Positions 53,803-64,000 of a stretch of 64,000 nucleotides of DNA are shown here, one piece after another (position 1 is the stretch's first letter; every line of letters starts with the position of its first letter). The stretch lies in NCBI RefSeq assembly GCF_009914755.1, contig NC_060938.1. One strand, written 5' to 3'. Under the pieces are notes generated by a model. It made no database searches. It had not been told where the DNA came from and was given only the letters and a program-made list of their open reading frames with translations. The translations under genes and the position numbers were made by a program. This stretch comes from the human T2T-CHM13v2.0 reference genome, Homo sapiens.

Positions 53803-55611
53803 GATAGCAGCAGAGGTGTCTTTTCTTAAAAAATCACTTTTCAGATCACTGTCAAAAAAGTTTGGTGCATAGTATGGCACTATGCACACATGAAGCAATG
53901 ACTAAATCATTAACACTTGTATTTGCTGTGATAATTTTGGTTTTTTACAGATGCAACCTCTCTCTCCTGTAATTTAAGCTGCAGACCACAAGTGCATTGG
54001 CATTTCTTGAAAGAAATAGAAGCAAGGAGCTAACTTTTCTGAGTTCTAATAGAAATGTATAGCTACATGGCTGAGTGCACTTAGTTTTCTTTATATTAGA
54101 AGCTAATACTTGAGTCTCATATGAAGGTAAAAAACATATGCTGGGTAGTCATATATCCATGGAGAATGTTCCCCAAAATAGTAAGCTAGTTTGCATTAGG
54201 GAAGCTAAATTTTCCAACTACTGATAGAAATATATTGAATATGTTTAAAACAGGAAAATTAACATGCTGAATCCTCAATGTGAAAGCAGTTTGTTATATT
54301 GCAGTTTTTAATAAATAACTGAAAATCAAGCATAGCCTCAATTACTTTCATAATTTGTATTAATGATAATTGGTATCTTTGCAGGACACTGGAGTTGCCT
54401 CATTGAAACCAGCAGCACTATAGTACTGTCAATATGATATACATGGATTTCTACATAGGGATGAACTGGATGCAGAGGTCAGCTTTACCATGGGATTTGG
54501 CTTACTGTAGGCATGAGGCCTCTGATAATATCCATAGATATATTGTCTCAATTATCTAAAATGAGACTTTGTTTCATTTTGTTCATTTTTCTGAAATTTT
54601 GTTAGAGAAGGAAAAAAAAAGAAAACAGACAAGACAGGGAGAGAGAACAAATACAAACATGCCCTTAGTCAAAAAAGATTCCCATTAGACATTTTGATTA
54701 AAGATGTAATAAACAGATGGTGGAATCCATATATTGAAGAATTCTCAAATCTATGACCAACAGTTCAAATGTCTGTAGGGCATGTATTTATGAAGTAATA
54801 TAGCAAAGCCTTACTAAATGTCATCTTTCCTGACTAAAAGGAGCAGCATTCTCATTACATGGCAATTTAAAGAAGATAGAGGTGAAGAATGGAAAACTAG
54901 GCTGCATATTAGATGTTTTGATTGCCAAGACAGAAAAGCTTAGATGAGGTACCCAAATCTCAATGAGAAAAAAAAATTCTAAGAATGAGGTTTTGAGGGA
55001 TTATAGAAAGGACATGCTATAAATCTACTGCTGCTAGATATTTTCCAACTCTTCTCGATAGGATAGTTAAGTCATGTGGATTTAAAATTTAAGGTTGTGG
55101 TCCAGATGAAATGAAGACATGACAAATTCACATTTCAGAAGATTATTGATTCAAAGAATGTCAACATATAATGCAAAATGCAAAGCACAGTGAATTACTC
55201 TGAATGTTTTACTCTATATATTTGCAAAATCTCAGCAAAATTGAGGACATTTCAAAGTAAATGACATGAGGCTTCATTTAACTAGCCATACAATAAAATA
55301 CCTACACAAATCTAATAAAAATTACTCCCTCAGAGTGTCACTACAAATTCTTACTTCACCCAGAGAATCTATTTTAATGAAGAGCAGGAGTTCAGTTTTG
55401 TGGTTCATTTACAAATTCCAATAGGAAAGACAAATTTTTAAAGCTTTAGTATTTTCTTTATTTTCTACTCTTGTCAAATACCTTTATTAAGACTTCATTA
55501 AACTAACTGATACGTTGCAAAGTTACCAATTTGACTTTGCTTAAAAACATCATGGAAGATTGAATGATTACATGTCACAACTCAATTACCCACCTGTATA
55601 TCTCTTTCAGA

Positions 55612-55612
<1 letters not shown>

Positions 55613-55646
<34 letters not shown>
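55613..55646. repeat. (CA)17 followed by a CT-rich stretch
   Basis: Read directly. Confidence 0.95.
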
Positions 55647-55647
<1 letters not shown>

Positions 55648-56329
55648 TCTCTCTCTGTGTCTCTCTCTGTCTCTTTTCTTCACTTAACCACAATACACAT
55701 TTATAAACCACTTAGTCTAAATATTAACTCAGAGATCATGAAAACCAAGTCAAGATTAAGATCACGTCTTTGATTATAGTATAGACCAGTAAAATTCTCT
55801 TCCACAGTTTCTTAAACTGTCACCTCTTTTCACAAATATCTATGCCTGCTAAGACCTAATACAGTTAGTAAGCTCCTACCATACCCTAGGTTTGCAGCAC
55901 GGTTTGCATGCATTACCATTGAACATTAACACATTTCTTTTTTGATAGTAATTTAATCTAAGTTTTTCAAGTAACCAAATTTAATCTCCAGAACTAAGTA
56001 CTCAGTATTTTTAGCTAATAAGTAGCTGAACAATAATTTAACTCAAGCATCTTTTATTACAAAGCCTATAGTACTGAAATTGAACTACACTGTTTCTAGG
56101 CAAAGCTTCAGGCCTAAGTAAGATTATACCAAATTTGAGAGCATTGCCTAAATGACATTTTAACATATCTTCAAAAAGTAAAATGAAATTCAAAATCAAC
56201 ATGTTAGATATAGGTTGTGGTTCAAGGTAGTAGACTGAGAGTATAAGGACATTTTCTTGTCTCCCAACATTCTATTTAAATACTCCTAAATGTAGATGAT
56301 TGATTAGATGGAACGATAGATAGGCAGAT

Positions 56330-56369
<40 letters not shown>
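56330..56369. repeat. (GATA)10 tetranucleotide STR with degenerate flanks
   Basis: Read directly. Confidence 0.96.
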
Positions 56370-56372
<3 letters not shown>

Positions 56373-56929
56373 GATAGGCAAAGAGAACAGGAGAAGTAGT
56401 CATCATCATACAAGAGAGTACACAGTTTAGATAAAATAAATTCATTGAAGCCTTGCTTGTTTGTGTTCATTCCTCAAAATCTAGAGCAGTTTATAGCTTA
56501 GTAGATACTCATTGTATATTTGTTGATTGGTCAAGAAATGAAGATACAAGCTGAGCCTTAGAAAACTTGCAGAAGGGAGCTAAAGTAAGCACTGTGCTGA
56601 TTTGCCTCATGGTATGCCAAAAAGTTCGAGGATGAGATTCAAGGGGTTAAGGGTAGACAGGGCAAAAAGGAGGAAGGCAGTTGAAAATTAGAGCAATTGA
56701 AATCCTGTATGCAGAATATATGAAGCAATCTACTCCATCTTTATTATCCCACATACATTTTGTCAGGGAACCAACAGTCAGTTTACTATTTCAGGACAAA
56801 ATCAAAGGTTTCTTCATCCAATAAATTGACCAAACTTTTTGAGAAAGTTTAGGTCTGCAAGGATGAGTATTGATGCTTCAGAGCAAAGTGCTGAATTCTC
56901 TAGTATAAACAATGTAAAAAGAAAAAGAT

Positions 56930-57400
56930 ATGTTAAAGAAAATGTGAGAAAATATGAGACATAGATGACATCAAGGAAGTCTCATTAGCAAGAGTTTCAC
57001 AAAGAGAAAAAAAAGTAATGGAGGTAAGACAATTACTACAGGGATACTAGGAGGACATTTCTCAGTGATTATGATAGACAAAAGTTTTATATTGAAAACA
57101 CCCATCAAATCCCAAACCAGAAGCACAGAAAAATACTTCAAGGAACTTCAGAATAAAAAGAAGAAAGGAAAGATCCTAAAAGCTTCGAGAGAGAGAGAGA
57201 GAGAGAGAGAAAATTTAAAGAAAGGAATAGCAGTAAAGATCTTCAGTTTTTCTTATCACCAAGAGTGGGTGTTAGACAAAAATAGGGAAATGCCCTCAAA
57301 TTTCTGAAGACAAGTAATTTCAGCCTAGAACTCTGTACTAAACTACGTGACCAATCAAGGCTGTTGATGAAGCAAATGTTTTCAGACATGCAAAGACATA
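56930..57400 (+). mobile_element. Ancient L1/HAL1 ORF1-like fragment
   Basis: GAAAGATCCTAAAAGCTTCGAGAGA (KILKASRE), AATTTCAGCCTAGAACTCTG, ATGTTTTCAGACATGCAA. Confidence 0.6.
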
Positions 57401-58809
57401 GTCTTAGATTTAATAAAAATTTGCTGTTCCACCAAATAGATTTAATAAAAATTTGCTGTTCTAACCACTGAAGATAGAGTCATGAATAAGGCAGGCATAG
57501 TTCCAGATAAATAAATCATACATCCTAGAGGTAGGAGACAGGAGAAAGTATCAACAAAAGATAGTGATGGAAAAATAGAAAACATCCCCCTCAACTCCTA
57601 TCTTGGGTATTGTTTTCTATTGATGAAAAGCTCAATCCCAAATGCCTTGCCTCAAATTATGACTGTCGTAACATCTTGGTTCAATTTATAACTAGCACCA
57701 GAGAAGCCAAAACACTGTCTCTTTCTCTCTCCCCGTCACCAATCTAACTTTTTCTATTTCTGCTTTACTTCTTTATCATGTTCAATTTCCCTGACTCTGC
57801 AATACTTGAAGTACCAGGAAGTCTTTTTTAAATTAGTCTCGTTTTGTATACCATTAAACAACTGCTCTAGAATCTTTGCTACCATTCTCTTTTGAATAAG
57901 TCCTAAGGTAACAACTGACTTTGTAAGTAAACCAATTTTCGTTACCATTTCTCTCCCTGAATTTAACCCTATTAGTGCAAGTAAAATATTTTCTTTCACC
58001 CATTATTTCGTCCTTAACATAGTTTGTAATCTATTATTTTATTTAAAAAAAAAGTTTCTATTTCTAGGTCCTCATAGTCATTCTCTCCCAGCTTAGGGTC
58101 TGTTTGCTATTTTGGGCAGTGAATTCCTTTCTGCTCCCTGCTGGGCTTCGTAATTATTACTTGGCAGATGAATCCTGGCATGCCTAATCATTGCTCTGAA
58201 CTTTCCACAAGCCCAATTAGCAAACAGCAGTAGCGCAGGGGCCACTTCTCAAGCAACCCTTAGAGTTGCCCTCCATGAGTTTTTAAATTTGCAGTGAGCT
58301 CACTATAATTATAGCTTTTCATAATTATAAATCATTTGTGTCTATGGAAGGTTTAATCATGATGTTATATTATCCTTATACCTCTGCACATAGATGAGAC
58401 CAGTGCTTATTAAGGAGCACTGACCTAAGTCAGTAAATATTTGCCAGAGATTAGTCGGTGGAATTCTTAATATTCCAAGCAAAGGCATCATTGATTCAAG
58501 GAAGAGAGAAACAGCAAAAGCTTTCTGAAAGCATTTGCAAACAATATCTTAATACAAAGTAATATTACTAAATGAAGAATACAACAATGAAAGATTATTG
58601 GACCTATTGTTCTATTACCTGAACCACACTGCTATCAATGTATAAAAGGTTCTATTTTTAAAATAACAATTCTGCCTGATATGTTCTTCTCAGATAATCC
58701 TGAAGATTTTACAGATATAGCTGGGGTTTTGTTTGTGGGGGAATATTTTAATTTTTCTGTGTCAAGGTATAGTTTTTACTCTTTGGTGCTCTGTCTGGTC
58801 GAGATACAA

Positions 58810-59040
58810 TGTAGTGTGATGTAAAGTCATAGAAAGGAGGTGGAGAGACCCATGTGGACATCCTGACCATGCCATTGACAGTTGGGCATTTAACTGTTGA
58901 AAAAATTACTGGTATAAATCAGCCTCAGGTACTCAGCACCGGAGTAATAGCATCTGCCTTGCAGAGTCTTTATGGGGATTGAAGGTAATGTGAGTAAAGC
59001 TCAATGACACCATTAAGTAGTCAATACCTGATGGTTTATT
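58810..59040 (+). mobile_element. MIR fragment
   Basis: AGCCTCAG...AATAGCATCTGCCTTGCAGAG...GGGGATTGAAGGTAATGTGAGTAAAGC. Confidence 0.55.
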
Positions 59041-59269
59041 ATCAGAGGCATGTTGTTAGGTTCACACAAAAGGAGGGTGAGTATTAAGCTTTTGGCTGTC
59101 CACATTTTTACTTGACAATAATAGGACTTTCGAAGAGTTAAAGAACTCAAGAACTGTGAATTATTATATCCAAGAAAGCAATACAGTGTTTCACTGTTGT
59201 CCATGAAAACTTGCTATTCCATACTGGGCAATGAACTTGTTTAAATTTTCACAAAGATAGAAACAGCTA

Positions 59270-61040
<1,771 letters not shown>

Positions 61041-62690
61041 TATTTTGTGTTTGGTATAAGCATCATGAGAGAGGACATCATGCTCATCACTGTACTGTTA
61101 GCATATAGTGCTGTATGACATGGTATATGTGCCTAACACATTTTATAAGTGATTTATTCCTCTCATAGCTGTTGTTAGCAGTTTTAGTTATAAATTCACT
61201 AAAGTTGATGATTTAATTTTACTGTTTAATAGGTAGCCACTTCCAAAAGATAAACTATTCCTTGAACAAAAGGTTGGTCATTTCACAAACTTTGTTAACT
61301 TTTTATACTGATAAGCTGCCTTTTATTTTATTAACTCGAACAAGCTATTTAATTAAAGGTGCTCATAGATTTTATTCATAAGATGGATTTGTGTGTTTTT
61401 TAAATAATTGGTATATTTTATTTGTGATGTCTCTGGTTTTAAATACCTGAAGAATATTTAGTGACCTAGAGGGCCTGGGTGACTACATCAATCTTTAGAA
61501 TAAATGTTCACCATGATTTCTTAAGGAAAGCTAGACAATCTGAAGGGCTTGGAGAATAAAGTTTACCCTGCTAGCACTGACCCCTGCCATCATTCTCAGA
61601 GGTACAGGGATTGTAAAATACACTGGTGATAAGGCCAAATGTCCTTGGAATGCTTCCAGAGTTAGCCACGGGCAGCATTCATTTTCAGAACATATTAGTC
61701 CAAGCCGAACTAATGGGCTTTGCCATGCCTCATTTTCACAGTGAAAATGCCGGTCCCTGTGAATCAGGAGATGTGGGGCCCACCAGGCTATCTAACTTCA
61801 AGTGCTACAAATGAGGTTGTTTAGTACAATGGAAAGATGCAAAACTAAATTAGGTCTTGGATTTTTGACCCAAACTAGTGCTGAGAGTCTGCTCAATCAT
61901 GGAAAAGTGCACATTTCCTCATCTAGGTACAGGAAAAGCTTTGTCTTGACCATCTCAGAGTTTGTTGTGGGAATGGAAAGAAACATTGAACTTTTAAGAT
62001 TTTTTAAGCTATCAGTCATTATCAAAGGGTAAGACTTTTTTTTAAAGTAATTTTCTAAGAGTATAGAAAATAGGCCTAAGCACAGAAGAAATGTGGACAA
62101 TGAAAAGGGAGGATCAGGGTTGGAGTTTGGGCAGGAAAACTGGAAATATAGAAATGCTATACCAGGAATTTAGATTTCCCTTCTCTAAGTATTCAAAACT
62201 TTGTATGAGTTAACCCTTTAGTGGAAAAATAGCCAGAATATAGGATGGGAATCAAAATCCTGGGAATGCCTCTTTGACACATTGTCTTGCTATCTTCAAC
62301 CAGCCTTTCTTAATTACTCACCTAGCAACATATGTCCCTTCCATTGTAATTAATCCCAAACTTTTTACAAGGCAGAGTGCTTGGAAGGAAAGTTAAATAC
62401 TGGAGAACTTTCCAAGGTTAATTGCCAATTACTAATGATGCTCTTAGAAAAAAAATTTACAAAGCAATCCATTTCTCATTTATGGAGCTGTTTGAACATA
62501 GCTCAGTCAGGTCAGGATCTGCTGACCTAAATTCAGGACATTTTCTGAAGATAGAAACAATGGCAGCTACCCTGTAGAGAAGAAATCAAGAAAATGTCAC
62601 ATTTCAAAGAAGAAAATAGTTGTGTTTTTCTGCTCAGTTGATTGCCAGAACTCTGGCTAGGGCAAGTTAGAAAAGACAAAGTTGCTATTG

Positions 62691-62802
62691 AATATATACA
62701 TATATATATATTCTATAATTATATATACATACATGTATACATATGCATACATACATAAGTGTGTATATGTATATGTGTGTATATATATAATATATATATA
62801 TA
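62691..62802. repeat. (TA)n/(TACA)n/(TATG)n low-complexity tract
   Basis: Read directly. Confidence 0.85.
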
Positions 62803-64000
62803 ATTGAATTGGAGAACCCTTTAACCAAATATAGTATGGTTCTCCAATAATCCATATTCTAAATGCCTTAAATGTAGTTAGTCATTATTATTTTTTAAAT
62901 AAATTTGTCAATCACTATTAATATTTTCTTCTGTTTCTGGAAATGTTATCTGAATATATGGACACACATATATGGAAGCAGGCAGTACACACTCATGTTT
63001 TAGTTTCCTTTTAACACCTATGAAAATGTATTCCCTAAAATTCTCATTCCACAAATTCAGATTTTCAAGAGATGTAGCTTTATTTGTTTACCTTTACACT
63101 TATGTCTTATTTTAGAGCATACTTTCTGCCTTGTAGCAGAAAGAAAATCTTGATAAACTTAGGGATTCCCCACTTTGCCTCTAAACTGACATCTCAGCTA
63201 GGAGTATAGGCAGTGTTTAGCCTGAAGTGTGGGGAGGGAGTGGCCTCTGGACTTCCTTCAGCCTATATGCACTATAATTTGAATTTCCACCATCTGAGAC
63301 AGATCATCCCACAGACCCCGCTAGGCCATCTCCAATTGCTGTTTGTCAGGCCTATTTGACTCTGGCTGTATGTACCTCCCAAGGGCAAAGGAGGCATTTG
63401 TTTGCTGCTCCTCCCCACTTTGGTGTGGCCAATTCTCACTTATGCTGTCTAAGGTGCTTTTCCTCTTTTATGCTATCCTTGAACTCACCAGAAATTATTC
63501 CATTGGTCCCAGACTCTGCTGGAAACTAGTAGAGGTTTGCCTCAGAAACACGTGCCCGGATGTATCATACAACTGCTTTCTGCTACTCCTTGGTGACCCT
63601 ACTTGAGTATATGTGGTGGTGGGATGGAGAGGATGAGACTTTGCCATTTTGTCAGGCTTCTCCAGGGAACTGAGACTCAGGCATTCTCTCAACTTGGTTA
63701 ACCCCAGGTATCTCAGGGTTTTGTTGTTCTCTAACTCATGATTAGTGGATTAGGGGAGGGGAGTAATAGAGTCTAACTCTTAAGTAATTTGTATCTCTTG
63801 TTATTCTCCTTGCTCTTGGGAAAGAGGCCATAGATTTTGACATGGAAATCGACCTTTTAGTTTTTTGTGTTCTCCCTTCTCTGGGACTATGAAGACAGAA
63901 TTTCCTACAGCTTAAATCTGAGAAAAGGGAGTGGGAGTAGGAAATAAGTAGGGAGAGGTAAGAACATGGGTAAATACAACAAAAGGATATGTGTCTACAA

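Noticed and set aside
53865-53887. Short hairpins (9-bp stem here; also 15591-15610 and 62808-62848) as miRNA or MITE candidates
   Set aside because: The stems are too short for a pre-miRNA, there are no recognisable transposon ends or TSDs, and some are expected by chance in 64 kb.
62509-62528. AGGTCA-N8-TGACCT inverted nuclear-receptor half sites
   Set aside because: The spacing is not that of an oestrogen response element (N3), and such a pair can occur by chance.

Overview
AT-rich, CpG-poor primate genomic DNA, most likely human because it carries an Alu with the five AluYa5 diagnostics. It reads as intergenic or deep-intronic sequence. I find no supportable protein-coding gene, RNA gene or CpG island; the listed ORFs are Alu, L1 or low-complexity artefacts or chance ORFs. 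Much of the window is interspersed repeat: 11 Alus plus a FLAM, L1M/L2/MIR fragments, MaLR elements (MLT1, MSTD with internal sequence, two THE1 solo LTRs), ERV1 elements (MER61 internal plus LTR, MER57-like, LOR1/LTR26-like), ERVL LTRs and MER58A. It also has several microsatellites and a ~370-bp polypyrimidine tract. I see no new biological system. The best observations are mutational and retroelement details: fold-back and templated-insertion scars (8.0, 35.0, 59.6/61.6 kb), an AluY with a Yb-position 7-bp duplication, two AluY insertions at adjacent endonuclease sites, and gag and env vestiges in the MER61 internal region. Repeat subfamily names come from recalled consensus sequences, not a database search, and boundaries of old repeats are approximate.
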